Assembly (NCBI GenBank): GCA_900617105.1
Contig: UYFQ01000001.1
Coordinates: 2,418,001-2,482,000 of the forward strand
Reading direction: 5' to 3'
Origin: Hydrurus foetidus
Taxonomy: Eukaryota
DNA: 64,000 bases
How positions within the stretch are numbered: position 1 is the stretch's first letter; each line of letters opens with the position of its first letter. Position numbers and translations under genes: made by a program. The notes under the pieces are model-generated. The model did not search any database and had not been told where the DNA came from. It saw nothing but the letters and a program-made list of their open reading frames with translations. This document shows, in pieces, positions 18,311-28,348 of this stretch.

Positions 18311-19288
18311 ATGAGCACCCCGCACCCCAGCGCCGCGACCTCGACCCCCTACGCCGTGTTGCGCGTGGATCGCCGAAAAGCGAAAGCGATGGCGGCGATT
18401 GCGGCTTCATCGGCGCACACCATGCGCGAGAAGCCCACACCCAACGCAGACCCCGAGGGCGCGGCGCCGGTCGTGATGCACCTAGCAGACGGCAAGACGC
18501 CTTATCAGGCGGCGCGCCATCTGCTCGAAGGTGCAGAGCGGCGCAACCGGGACACGGTGCTGTGCCGCGAGATCGTGCTCTCTGCAAGCCCTAGCCACTT
18601 CCGGCCAGGGCGGGAGCACATCGGCGGCGCGTATGAGCCGGACAGGGTCAAGGCGTGGGCCACTGCCTCCCTGGCATGGGCCAAGCGGCAATGGCCGGAT
18701 CAACTGGCCTCGGCGGTGCTGCACCTGGACGAGATGACCCCGCACATGCACCTGCTTGTGGTGCCGCGCGTGAAGTCGGCGGCGGGTGTGTGGAAGCTCA
18801 ATAGCAAAGCCCTGTTTGACCGCGAGCGGCTGCGGGAGCTGCAAACCGGATACGGTGAGGCCTTGGCACCGCTAGGCATCCGGCGCGGGGAGCCGGGAAG
18901 CCAGGCGGCGCACTCGGAGGTGCGGCAGTTCTACGGGGCGGTGCAGGCTGCGAAGGCATTGCCCCAGCGGGTCAAGATACCACCTGCACCGAAGGCGCCA
19001 GTGCCACCCAGCGGAATAGTCGCGGGTGCAGCTGATTCCTTGGGTTCACTGCTGCGTATCGAAACTGCTCACGAGCGAGCGACGAAGGCGCACGCCGAGG
19101 CGATGAAGCAATGGCGCCAGACAGTCAGGGACTTGCGCCAACAGGATGCGGTAGCTTGGGAGCAGATGAAGGCGAGTAGCCTCATGGCACCATTAGCAAT
19201 GAGACAGCGTCAACCGCCTGTCGCAACCCACTCCCCAATTAACCAAATGACTGCGCCTAAAAACGGCGCAAGAAACAAGCTTCGCTAG
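18311..19288 (+). CDS. mobV: MOBV (Mob/Pre) relaxase
   Basis: YAVLRV...SSAHTMRE..TPNAD, EIVLSASP, AVLHLDEMTPHMHLLVVP, LRELQT. Confidence 0.9.
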   Translation: MSTPHPSAATSTPYAVLRVDRRKAKAMAAIAASSAHTMREKPTPNADPEGAAPVVMHLADGKTPYQAARHLLEGAERRNRDTVLCREIVLSASPSHFRPGREHIGGAYEPDRVKAWATASLAWAKRQWPDQLASAVLHLDEMTPHMHLLVVPRVKSAAGVWKLNSKALFDRERLRELQTGYGEALAPLGIRRGEPGSQAAHSEVRQFYGAVQAAKALPQRVKIPPAPKAPVPPSGIVAGAADSLGSLLRIETAHERATKAHAEAMKQWRQTVRDLRQQDAVAWEQMKASSLMAPLAMRQRQPPVATHSPINQMTAPKNGARNKLR

Positions 19289-19382
19289 CCCTATCTTCGA
19301 AGCGCCTGCATTGACACTAAATCACTTCGCTCTGACAATATGTTTCAACTTATAGACGTTTGTGGCGAACCAAGGAGTTTCA

Positions 19383-19751
19383 ATGATTAGAGTTTGGGGA
19401 GTAATCATCGTTGTCGCGGGGACTTGTCTTCTTAGCGGATGTGAATCATTAACTCCTGAGCAGCAGGAGTCAAATCGTCGACAGGAACAACAAGAATACA
19501 TAGGAAATCTGAGGAGTAAATGCCAAGCCTTTGGATACTCACCAGGCTCGGATTCATTTGCTCGGTGTGTGCAAGATCAAGACAGGGCATCACAAGCCCG
19601 AGATGCAGCCAGTCATGAAGACACGCTTCGCGCTATACGTGCATACAACTGCAATACTGGCGTCCAATCATCTTGCGACAATCAATCTGGTAGAACGGTG
19701 ACGAGTTGTAGTCGAGATTTAATGGGCAACGTTAATTGCGTTACACGATGA
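19383..19751 (+). CDS. Small Cys-rich lipoprotein
   Basis: Lipobox LLSG-C; CQAFGY..GSDSFARCV; six Cys after the lipidated Cys. Confidence 0.7.
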   Translation: MIRVWGVIIVVAGTCLLSGCESLTPEQQESNRRQEQQEYIGNLRSKCQAFGYSPGSDSFARCVQDQDRASQARDAASHEDTLRAIRAYNCNTGVQSSCDNQSGRTVTSCSRDLMGNVNCVTR

Positions 19752-19758
19752 AAACTAT

Positions 19759-20001
19759 ATGCCCAGGAAAACTGTCAGCGTAGAAGTTCTTGCAGCTTGG
19801 CTCACGTCCAAGTTGCAGCTGGTAGAAGACTGCGAAGAATGTTCCGTTATTGGCATTGTTCCTCTTCAAGAACCTGATCCTAGCGGATGCAATTGGTCAG
19901 AGAGCATCACGGTAAATTCCGCTGGCGTTCCATCTGAATATTTTCTGCCTCACTTGAGAAAAATCATGATGGAAGCAAGATCAAGCTACAACATCGGATA
20001 A
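19759..20001 (+). CDS. Hypothetical protein
   Basis: 80 aa, 7 nt after the lipoprotein; CEEC and PDPSGCNWS. Confidence 0.65.
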   Translation: MPRKTVSVEVLAAWLTSKLQLVEDCEECSVIGIVPLQEPDPSGCNWSESITVNSAGVPSEYFLPHLRKIMMEARSSYNIG

Positions 20002-20304
20002 CACAACTCAGTTCCTGAGTATGTTTATTTTTGACCGCTGAATCTTCCATCTAGCTTGCTGGCAAGAGTTTCTAGCCGAAGATTTGCATAGCGCTGCAAC
20101 GTCTTCAATTCGGTATACCCCATGATCAGGGCAATTTCCATATTCTGCAACGTCGTGCGTTCGAAAAATCTTGCCACACCCGATAAACCGACCATGTGTA
20201 AGATTCAGACACATGCAAAGTCGCGGCTTGCGGCGCATCACTCTGAGTGATCGCCTCATTTTTCACCCGTTGCGTCGAAAGCCAACTGCCCGAAAAGATT
20301 TGCC

Positions 20305-21291
20305 ATGAATATTTCGCAAAGCGACAACCTAAGCAATGGCCTTTCACCAGCCGTTGACTTCACGTTCTCAGAAAAGCTCGAAGCATCTGAGCGTGATGTG
20401 TGCGCGAATATTTTCAAAAATTTGGCCGGGTCAATCAGACAACAACATCCTGAATTGTCCTTTGATCGCTTACTTCACATCATTGTTTCTGACAACGTTT
20501 GGGAAACCGTCGCCGCACTAGAAAAAATAGTGGGTCATGAGCTATCCGCTGCACGGAATGGTGCCCAATCCTACTTGGCATTTTCCGTTGACTTAGGCCA
20601 AATTGATGTATTGGTCTACCGCATCGAGCTGATCAACGGATTTTCTAGCGGTCATCCCCGAAAAGCTGATTCGGTCTGGCATTACCTAAGCACATTGGCG
20701 AATATTGACTATTACACAAAAGCGAAGGCCAGATTTGCCAACGACCCATGGCGAGCAAAAGCAAATCAGGCTGAACTCGCAATTTTTGGCGCCGCTAGTG
20801 ATCTGCTTGCAAACTATTGGTTTGGATATTTCAGTTATCACCCTCGTAGTTCGCCCTTAGCTCCATTTGAGCTACTCGCCGAAATCTTGGATTACGAGTC
20901 TCGGCAAATGGAGTCCTCGTTCATCGCCAACGCAAAAGATAAAGATGATTTCAAGCTGTTTAATGAACTTCATAGCAGCGCAACCTCTGTATGCGGAGCT
21001 ATGGCCACAGCGATGGGTTACTGTGATGCGGCCAATCAATCGTTAGCGAAGTCATCACCAGAGACTTGGGCGCTGATATTGAAATGGAATTTTGCGGATG
21101 TGTGGGAAAAAATGGCGCCCATCATGCGTATCGTTTTTTCGAATCGACATCTTTGGAGCAACTCAGCTGATTTGCTGCCGCTGGCCACAGTTCTCAACTA
21201 TTTTGTAGAAAGGTGTGGAATAACTTTTACAAGCGATGGGGGGACTACCCCATTTAGGTCAACACCCCTTGAAAAGGGCAATTCTCATTAG
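20305..21291 (+). CDS. Hypothetical protein (lower-GC cargo)
   Basis: 328-aa ORF with no motif I recognise. Confidence 0.7.
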   Translation: MNISQSDNLSNGLSPAVDFTFSEKLEASERDVCANIFKNLAGSIRQQHPELSFDRLLHIIVSDNVWETVAALEKIVGHELSAARNGAQSYLAFSVDLGQIDVLVYRIELINGFSSGHPRKADSVWHYLSTLANIDYYTKAKARFANDPWRAKANQAELAIFGAASDLLANYWFGYFSYHPRSSPLAPFELLAEILDYESRQMESSFIANAKDKDDFKLFNELHSSATSVCGAMATAMGYCDAANQSLAKSSPETWALILKWNFADVWEKMAPIMRIVFSNRHLWSNSADLLPLATVLNYFVERCGITFTSDGGTTPFRSTPLEKGNSH

Positions 21292-21303
21292 TTCACATTG
21301 GCT

Positions 21304-22284
21304 TCATAGGGATTTTGCCAAGCGCTTCGCTGTTTCGTCTCTTGCTTCACTAATAGTTTTGAATGAGTCGGAAAGCAGAGTGTCAATCGCGCACCACGCA
21401 TGACCAGCTTTGATTATTCCTCTGCCAGTCCTTTTTTCCGTTTTTGGTTTCATAGGTGGTCCAAGGCGATAAACAAAATGGTCAAAATCAGTTTTTACCC
21501 AGAGGTGATTCACGCTGGACAGGTCTTCGACGACCTCAAAACTATCGATGTGATGAACAGACTGCAACTTACCGTGATACCGAAAGGCAATGTAATTGGG
21601 TGGCTGCTTTGGAAAACGTTTGCCCACAGGGTGAAAATAACAGCCGTCCTTTTCAACCACATCAATCCACGTATGCTTGCCGCCCTCTACCATCGGTTCC
21701 AAGCCTAATGACACTACGAAAACGTTGTTGTCTGTAACGCGATCCATGGCAACGAACTCCTGCAAATGTTGGATGAACTGATACAGCCAAAGTCTTTCCT
21801 CAAAAGTAGTTGCGCTCGCGCGCGCCTGTTTTGCTATTCGCTGAACATCCCCCCAAGACTGATGAATAATTTCTGCGCCATCGATGTGTGGCGGAAGTCG
21901 CCTATGTGCAAAGGCCGCATCCGCTGCGCTTACAGATATGAGGCGCTGGATGTTAGCGCCGATAGCGCCAAGCCTTGGTCGATATCGATTTAACTGTGCT
22001 GTCGTGGGGACGTCCCACCATCGCTTCGCCTCAACTATGGCGTGGTATTGAAGACCTGCATGGACTTCGATATCAGTGAATCCTCCATCGCTTCCATGCT
22101 TCTGCAACGAGATCACAGCATCTTCCGATGGAAGAGACTCTCCGAACCAAGCATTGATCATTGCCAAACGAAAAAGTTTGCTTTGGTCAAGCAGCCAGCC
22201 CAACGCATATGTCGCGCTGTTTTCGTCGGCACCATTTAGGCGGAAAACATTGGCGGCATTGCTGCCGCGAACTAACAACACCAT
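21304..22284 (-). CDS. PD-(D/E)XK nuclease-domain protein
   Basis: ENSAT..L.WLL, FTDIEV, IVEAK, QLNRY, SWGDV. Confidence 0.7.
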   Translation of the reverse strand: MVLLVRGSNAANVFRLNGADENSATYALGWLLDQSKLFRLAMINAWFGESLPSEDAVISLQKHGSDGGFTDIEVHAGLQYHAIVEAKRWWDVPTTAQLNRYRPRLGAIGANIQRLISVSAADAAFAHRRLPPHIDGAEIIHQSWGDVQRIAKQARASATTFEERLWLYQFIQHLQEFVAMDRVTDNNVFVVSLGLEPMVEGGKHTWIDVVEKDGCYFHPVGKRFPKQPPNYIAFRYHGKLQSVHHIDSFEVVEDLSSVNHLWVKTDFDHFVYRLGPPMKPKTEKRTGRGIIKAGHAWCAIDTLLSDSFKTISEARDETAKRLAKSL

Positions 22285-22314
22285 AGTTTCAAATAAGCTT
22301 TACTGCCTGCAATC

Positions 22315-23487
22315 TTATTCCTGTATTTCGATCATTTTCGCCAAAGAGCGTAATTTCAATTTCGACATGCCCGCTCCGTCTAATTTACTAGCCAAAATTG
22401 ATGGCCGCAGATTTGCATACCGTTGCAATGTTTTCAACTCAGTGTGCCCTGTGATCAGCGCAATCTCCATTGTCTGCAACGTGGTGCGCTCGAAAAATCG
22501 CGCCACGGCCTCATGGCGCAAGTCATGGAAATGCAGGTCTGCGCATTCGGCGCGCTTCGTGATTCGTTTGAATCCGCGTCCGAGCACTGAGGACACAGCG
22601 GGCAGCGTTGCGAACACGCGGGGCTCGCCTTTCACGCCGCGCTTCTTCAACTCTGCCAATATCCCCAGGGCCTTGGTCGATAGCGGCACCTGCCGCCCCT
22701 TGCGGGTCTTCTCGCGCTCCTTCGGTATCACGATAAACCGCTGTGCAGTGTTCACCTCGTCCCATTGCATGCCGATCAACTCGCCCGCGCGCATTGCGGT
22801 TTCAAGTGCAAGGCTGATCAGAAGCTGCCAGCCTCTCTGGTCTTTATACATGCCACCACAGGCCACCATCAGCCGCGCCTCTTCGTCGCCGTTCAAACGA
22901 CGGTCTCGCGGTGCTGCCCACGCTGCGGGCACCTCCACCGCCTGGAACTTGTCGCCCAACGGGTAGTGGTGTTCATGCGAGTGCCATTCGATAGCGGTCT
23001 TCAATGCATAAAACAGTTTGCGTGCTGACCCTGGTGTGTAGGTGCGCACGCGGTCGCCGTCATACAGTGGGTGGGTCTTGGTCTTGTTGGCTGGTTGCGG
23101 TATCGGCGTTACTTGCAGTTTTTTCAAGAAGGCACTGATGACCTTGTGGCTGAGTGTGTCGATGGTGAAGTCGCCAAGATGATATTTGACGGACTCGACG
23201 CCGTATCGCTTCGTGTTGGTCAGCGTGCTAACCGTCTCACCTTCGGCATTGGTGGCGCTGTGGGCTGCGAGGTATTCGGTCAATGCGTCGGCAACAGTGG
23301 TGCGCTCGCTTTTGCGCGAGACCTTGTCGCCGCCTCGTATCTTGACCTCTTGTTCTTGCGCCCACTTGACGGCGTCCCGCTTCTTGTTTTTGTCGAAGGT
23401 CTTGGATAGTGGCGGGTGGCCCTTGATGGTTATGCGCGCTTCCCAGAACTCACGCTCGCCCCGCACTCGCTTGGTAACTGCTGCCAT
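22315..23487 (-). CDS. int: Tyrosine recombinase/integrase
   Basis: TAMRAGEL, FHDLRHE, ITGHT...LQRY catalytic residues. Confidence 0.95.
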   Translation of the reverse strand: MAAVTKRVRGEREFWEARITIKGHPPLSKTFDKNKKRDAVKWAQEQEVKIRGGDKVSRKSERTTVADALTEYLAAHSATNAEGETVSTLTNTKRYGVESVKYHLGDFTIDTLSHKVISAFLKKLQVTPIPQPANKTKTHPLYDGDRVRTYTPGSARKLFYALKTAIEWHSHEHHYPLGDKFQAVEVPAAWAAPRDRRLNGDEEARLMVACGGMYKDQRGWQLLISLALETAMRAGELIGMQWDEVNTAQRFIVIPKEREKTRKGRQVPLSTKALGILAELKKRGVKGEPRVFATLPAVSSVLGRGFKRITKRAECADLHFHDLRHEAVARFFERTTLQTMEIALITGHTELKTLQRYANLRPSILASKLDGAGMSKLKLRSLAKMIEIQE

Positions 23488-23618
23488 GGTGTTGCCCTAT
23501 GATGAAATTGAGCAGAAGGTCCCTAATCTTCGCCAACTTGGGATTAGATTGGGATTTCATCATAACTGATAGTCAAGAATCTATATTCTATGCGGCTTAG
23601 CGACAGATAGTGTTAGCT

Positions 23619-23663
23619 CCTCCTAAGCGCTAGATACAGGTTCGATTCCTGTTGGTGGTACCA
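23619..23663 (+). pseudogene. 3' half of host tRNA-Arg(CCT) (attR)
   Basis: CCTCCTAA-GCGCT-AGAT-ACAGG-TTCGATT-CCTGT-TGGTGGT-ACCA with no tRNA 5' half upstream. Confidence 0.93.
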
Positions 23664-23680
23664 GACCCATCCCCGCCAAG

Positions 23681-23729
23681 TACTATTATTTTTATAGCTG
23701 CTTGCGCCCGAATCTATTGGGCTAGAGGC
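23681..23729 (+). repeat. Family-1 repeat
   Basis: TACTATTATTTTTATAGCTGCTTGCGCCCGAATCTATTGGGCTAGAGGC. Confidence 0.9.
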
Positions 23730-23766
23730 TTAAAACACCCTCTGAAATGCTTAAAAAGCGTCAAAA

Positions 23767-26700
23767 TCAGGCGACCCAGCCATCGCCAAACGCTTGCACC
23801 TGCTCCAGCACCAGCTCAACCGCTGCGTCCTGGTGGTCTGGAGGGTATTTGTATTTGCGCAGGATACGTTTGACCATCAGCCGCAATTTGGCCTGCACAC
23901 TTTCGCGGGCTGACCAGTCCACACTCAGGTTTTTGCGCAGGTTTTCTGTCAGCTCATGGGCGATTTTTTTCAGGGTCTCGTCAGTCAGTTCGCGCACGGC
24001 GGATTCGTTGGCTGCCAGCGCGTTGTAAAACTTCACTTCGTCCTCGCTCAGCCCCAGCTTTTCGCCTTGCAAAGAAGCTTCTCTAAACTTCTTTGCCATT
24101 TCAATCAGCTCTTCCATCACCTGCGCGGTTTCAATCGAGCGGTTTTGATAGCGGGCAATCACGTTGCTCAGCATGTCAGAGAACTTGCGGTCTTGCACCA
24201 CACTACCTGCAAAGCGGCTTTTAATTTCGCCTTGCAGCAGGCGTTCTAGTAGCTCTACGGCCAGGTTCTTTTCGGGCAGGTCGCGCACCTGCGCTAAAAA
24301 CTCATCGTCTAGCAGGCCAATGTTCGGCTTGTCCAGGCCCACCGCGTCAAAAATATCGACCACACTTTCAGAAACCACCGCCGACGAAATGATTTGGCGG
24401 ATGGCCAGCTCGCGCTGCTCGTCGGTGCGTTTTTTGGCTGTCAGTTCTTTCTTGGTCAAAATGACTTTCACGCCTTGTAAAAAAGCCACTTCTTCGCGTA
24501 CCCCTTTGGCTTCATCCAGCGTGCAGCACAGGGTAAAGGCCTGACTCATTGCCAGCGCGTTGTCGGCAAAGCGCTTTTTACCGTCGCGGGTTTTACCAGT
24601 GGCCAAGCCCAGCACGTGGTTAGCAGCGCCTGCCAGTGTTTTGTGGCCGCCGGTTAAAAAGTTTTGATAGTCAAATCCGTGCAGCATGGCGCGCAGCACG
24701 TCCATCTTTTCAAGCAACACGCTAAACGCCTCATGCGCATCTACCGTCGGCCTGCCGCGCCCCTGGCTGGCGGTGTATTCCTTCATGGCCAGCTTCAGTT
24801 CGTTACCAATGCCGATGTAGTCCACCACCAAGCCGCCCTGCTTGTCTTTAAACACACGGTTGACCCGCGCAATCGCCTGCATCAAGTTGTGGCCCTTCAT
24901 GGGTTTGTCAACGTACAGCGTGTGCACGCATGGCGCGTCAAAACCTGTCAGCCACATGTCCCGTACGATGACCATGCGCAGCGGGTCGGCTGGGTCTTTA
25001 AAGCGCTTTTCAAGCCGCTTTTTAACTTGCGCGCTGTAGATGTGCGGGCGCAGCAGGGCCTTGTCGCTGGCTGAGCCTGTCATCACAATTTTGATTGCGC
25101 CTTTTTCAGGGTCTGCATCGTGCCAGTCGGGCCGCAGGCGAATGATCTCGTTGTACAGGTGGGCGCAAATGTCGCGGCTCATGGCCACCACCATCGCCTT
25201 GCCGGTTTGCGCCTTGTTACGCTCTTCAAAATGCGCCACCAGGTCAGCCGCCACGCTGGCGATGCGCGGCTCGGCGCCCACCACCTTTTCAAGCGCCGCC
25301 CAGCGGCTTTTCAGGGCTGCCTGCTGGCTTTCTTCGTCGTCTTCGGCCAGCTCGTCCACGTCATCATCCAGTTGCTGTAGGTCAGCGTCTTTCAGGCTCA
25401 GCTTGGCCAGACGCGATTCGTAATAAATCGCCACCGTCGCACCGTCTTCTTTGGACTGCTGCATGTCATACACATGGATGTAGTCGCCAAACACGGCGCG
25501 CGTGTCGCGGTCTGTGCTGCTGACAGGCGTGCCGGTAAAAGCAACAAAGGTGGCTTTGGGCAGCGCGTCGCGCAGATGCTGGGCGTAACCTGCCTGGTAG
25601 TGTTCTTGGATTTGTTCAACCTTGTAAATAGGCGGCTCAAACTCAACCCGGTGCTTTGTCACCACACCATCACCAGTTGCTACAACATTAGGAGCTGTTC
25701 GCGCATGTATCCATTGGCCTGAAGGCGTATTTGATGCCTTTTTCAGCCTTAATTTGGCCTCAAAACCGTATTGGGTGCGGTGCGCCTCGTCGGCTATCAC
25801 CACAATGTTGTGCCGCTCTGACAGGATGGGAAAGGTGTCTTCGTCCTCCCCTGGCATAAATTTTTGAATGGTGGCAAACACAATGCCGCCTGATGGCCGG
25901 TTGCCCAGCAGCGTGCGCAGCTCTTGCCGGGTGCGCGCCTGCACGGGTTGCTCACGCAGCAGGTCTTGCGCCAGGCTGAACACGCCAAACAGTTGCCCGT
26001 CCAGGTCATTGCGGTCGCTGATGACAACGATGGTTGGGTTTTCCATCGCAGGTTCTTGCATCACGCGGGCGGCAAAGCAGGTCATGGTGATGCTTTTGCC
26101 GCTGCCCTGCGTGTGCCACACCACACCGCCTTTTTGATTACCACCGGGGCGTGACGCTTCAATCACCTTGGCAATGGCAAACCGCACCGCATGAAACTGG
26201 TGGTAGCCGGCAATCTTTTTAAGCAGCGCGCCGTCGTCTTCAAACAGCACAAAGTAACGCAGGTAGTCCAGCAAATAGGTGGGCGCCAGCACGCCGCGCA
26301 CCAGCGTTTGCAGCTCATTGAACTGCCCCAGCGGGTCCAGCGTTTGGCCGTCAATCGTGCGCCAGGCCATAAAGCGCTCGGCATCGCTAGACAGTGAGCC
26401 CATCAGCGCCTCGGTGCCGTCAGATATCACCAGCACCTCGTTGGTCTGGAACACGTCGGGAATTTGCTCTTTGTAGGTCTGTATCTGGTCGTAGGCCTTC
26501 CACACATTGGCGTTTTCGTCAGCCGGGTTTTTGATCTCTACCAGCACCAGCGGCAAGCCGTTGACGAACAAAATGATGTCTGGCCGCCTGGTATGGTGCG
26601 GGCCCTTGATGCTGAACTGATTCACTGCCAGCCAGTCGTTGCTTGCGGTAGCCGCCCAGTCAATCAAGCGAACAAAGTCGCCCCGCGTCTCGCCGTCCTT

Positions 26701-26997
26701 CTGGTACTGCACCGGCACACCGGTGACCAGCAACTGATGAAAGCGCCGGTTGGCCGTCAGCAGCGCAGCAATCCCCAAATCCATCACTTGCTTTAGTGCA
26801 TCGTCACGCGCCGCAGCAGGCACGCCAGGGTTCAGCCGGTCAATCGCTGCACGCAAGCGCCCGGTCAAAATCACCTGTCGGTAGTTGTCACGCTCAGGCG
26901 CAGGGCCATCGGGCGCGACGTCGGGGCCGTAAACCACGGTGTAGCCAACGTCTGCCAGCCAGCCAAGCGCTTCTTGTTCTAGTTGGTCTTCGGTCAT
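23767..26997 (-). CDS. hsdR: Type I restriction endonuclease subunit R
   Basis: [19 protein letters not shown] nuclease, [34 protein letters not shown]. Confidence 0.97.
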   Translation of the reverse strand: MTEDQLEQEALGWLADVGYTVVYGPDVAPDGPAPERDNYRQVILTGRLRAAIDRLNPGVPAAARDDALKQVMDLGIAALLTANRRFHQLLVTGVPVQYQKDGETRGDFVRLIDWAATASNDWLAVNQFSIKGPHHTRRPDIILFVNGLPLVLVEIKNPADENANVWKAYDQIQTYKEQIPDVFQTNEVLVISDGTEALMGSLSSDAERFMAWRTIDGQTLDPLGQFNELQTLVRGVLAPTYLLDYLRYFVLFEDDGALLKKIAGYHQFHAVRFAIAKVIEASRPGGNQKGGVVWHTQGSGKSITMTCFAARVMQEPAMENPTIVVISDRNDLDGQLFGVFSLAQDLLREQPVQARTRQELRTLLGNRPSGGIVFATIQKFMPGEDEDTFPILSERHNIVVIADEAHRTQYGFEAKLRLKKASNTPSGQWIHARTAPNVVATGDGVVTKHRVEFEPPIYKVEQIQEHYQAGYAQHLRDALPKATFVAFTGTPVSSTDRDTRAVFGDYIHVYDMQQSKEDGATVAIYYESRLAKLSLKDADLQQLDDDVDELAEDDEESQQAALKSRWAALEKVVGAEPRIASVAADLVAHFEERNKAQTGKAMVVAMSRDICAHLYNEIIRLRPDWHDADPEKGAIKIVMTGSASDKALLRPHIYSAQVKKRLEKRFKDPADPLRMVIVRDMWLTGFDAPCVHTLYVDKPMKGHNLMQAIARVNRVFKDKQGGLVVDYIGIGNELKLAMKEYTASQGRGRPTVDAHEAFSVLLEKMDVLRAMLHGFDYQNFLTGGHKTLAGAANHVLGLATGKTRDGKKRFADNALAMSQAFTLCCTLDEAKGVREEVAFLQGVKVILTKKELTAKKRTDEQRELAIRQIISSAVVSESVVDIFDAVGLDKPNIGLLDDEFLAQVRDLPEKNLAVELLERLLQGEIKSRFAGSVVQDRKFSDMLSNVIARYQNRSIETAQVMEELIEMAKKFREASLQGEKLGLSEDEVKFYNALAANESAVRELTDETLKKIAHELTENLRKNLSVDWSARESVQAKLRLMVKRILRKYKYPPDHQDAAVELVLEQVQAFGDGWVA
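25678..25726 (+). repeat. Family-1 repeat, in-frame inside hsdR
   Basis: TGCTACAACATTAGGAGCTGTTCGCGCATGTATCCATTGGCCTGAAGGC; reads [16 protein letters not shown]. Confidence 0.7.
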
Positions 26998-28076
26998 GGT
27001 GCTACCCCAGCGGCACCCAGCAACACAGCATTAAGAGCCGTGTTGACATAGTAGTTACCACGCCCGATTTTTTGCTTTTGTACAAACCCACCTGCTGCCA
27101 AAGCATCCATGTACTTGGTGGCGGTGATACGTGACACCTGCAAGTCCCGCTGCACAAACTCGATTTTGGTGTACGGGTGCATGAACAGGTTATTGATCAA
27201 GTCCTGGCTATAAAACTTGTACTCGTCTCGAATCCGGTGCTTGTAGTCAAACAGCGCTGCCTTGATGGCATGAATGGTGGCCAGCGTCTGGCCAGCAGTT
27301 TGCTCTACAGCCTCAAGCAAGTACAACACCCACTCCTCCCAGTTGTCGTCTTCACGCACGGTTTGCAGCAAGCGGTAGTAGTCAGCCTTGGTACGCACAA
27401 TGTGGCTGCTGAGGTAAAGCACCGGAATATCCAGCAGCCCCTCTTTGACCAGATACAGCACATTCAATATCCGCCCGGTACGGCCATTGCCATCGTAAAA
27501 CGGGTGAATGCTTTCAAACTGATGGTGCATCAATGCCATTTTGATCAGCGGGTCAGCATCAAACAGCTCGGCATCGTTCATAAACCGCTCCAGCCCGCGC
27601 ATCAGCTCAATGATCTCAGTCGGGTCTTGCGGCGGCGTGTAAATGGTTTTGCCAGCGCCGTCTTTGAGCGCAGTGCCCGGCAGCTTGCGAAAACCGGCGT
27701 TGTTACGCTCAAGCTCGCCTTGAATTTCAATGATGTGGTTGGCCGTCAGCAAGCCGCTGGCGCGTACCTGCTCAAACCCCACCCGCAGCGCCTGGCGGTA
27801 GCGCAGCACTTCTTTGGCGGCTGGGTTGGCAAAGGCCTCTGGCAACACATCGTCTTTAAACAACGCATCGTGCGTGGTGACGATGTTTTCAATCTCTGAG
27901 CTGTCCTTGGCCTCTTGCAGGCCCAGCGTGTTGATCAAAATGCCTTGATTGGGAATCGACGCTGCAATCCCCTTCAGCTCAGCCAGCTTGCGGCTGGTAG
28001 CGGCCAGCTTTTTCAAAATTACCGGCGTGTCAAAACGCGCGGGGTTGAGACTTTCAAGTGGCGTTAGCGTGGGCAT
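26994..28076 (-). CDS. Fic family AMPylase (SoFic-like, C-terminal HTH)
   Basis: [12 protein letters not shown] catalytic motif; SSEIENI inhibitory motif; [13 protein letters not shown]. Confidence 0.93.
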   Translation of the reverse strand: MPTLTPLESLNPARFDTPVILKKLAATSRKLAELKGIAASIPNQGILINTLGLQEAKDSSEIENIVTTHDALFKDDVLPEAFANPAAKEVLRYRQALRVGFEQVRASGLLTANHIIEIQGELERNNAGFRKLPGTALKDGAGKTIYTPPQDPTEIIELMRGLERFMNDAELFDADPLIKMALMHHQFESIHPFYDGNGRTGRILNVLYLVKEGLLDIPVLYLSSHIVRTKADYYRLLQTVREDDNWEEWVLYLLEAVEQTAGQTLATIHAIKAALFDYKHRIRDEYKFYSQDLINNLFMHPYTKIEFVQRDLQVSRITATKYMDALAAGGFVQKQKIGRGNYYVNTALNAVLLGAAGVAP

Positions 28077-28100
28077 GGGCTGGCTTCTGAAATTGCTATG

Positions 28101-28209
28101 TGTATAGAAAAAGCGATTTTCTATACATGTTAGCGATCATCTGTATAGAAAGCACTATTTTTTATACGCTTCCGCAGCGATGTGTATAGAAATCGTCGTT
28201 TTCTATACA
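28101..28209. repeat. Three 27-bp palindromes TGTATAGAAA-N7-TTTCTATACA at exact 41-bp period
   Basis: Copies start at 28101, 28142 and 28183 (the middle copy is imperfect), upstream of fic. Confidence 0.9.
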
Positions 28210-28348
28210 CGTTGTGAAATTCGTTAAAGCTGGGTTCAATGTGGCCTTAATTGGCTCGATACCAATCCGCCTGTAAGACCACACCGCCAGTCGCCAATTA
28301 GGGGAAGCACTTAAGTTAAGCTTGCATCTGTATATACAATCGGTCTCC

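Larger units (their letters stand above)
16401..23627. mobile_element. Integrative mobilisable element (~7.2 kb) inserted in the tRNA-Arg(CCT) anticodon loop
   Basis: 9-bp direct repeat CCTCCTAAG at 16401-16409 and 23619-23627; tyrosine integrase, Xis-like gene, MOBV relaxase and oriT inside. Confidence 0.92.

Noticed and set aside
17206..18594. Long overlapping ORFs as a possible Rep gene
   Set aside because: Arg/Pro/Ala-rich shadow ORFs of GC-rich palindromic DNA, with no Rep motifs.
20008..20347. Small minus-strand ORFs, one with CGK...CPDHG
   Set aside because: No clear RBS; overlapping frames; insufficient support.
28101..28209. Mini CRISPR array
   Set aside because: Spacers are only 14 nt and resemble each other, the repeat centres vary, and there are no cas genes.
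28328..28343. LexA box upstream of the toxin gene
   Set aside because: CTGT-N8 is followed by TCGG, not ACAG; better explained as a TGTATATACA antitoxin operator.
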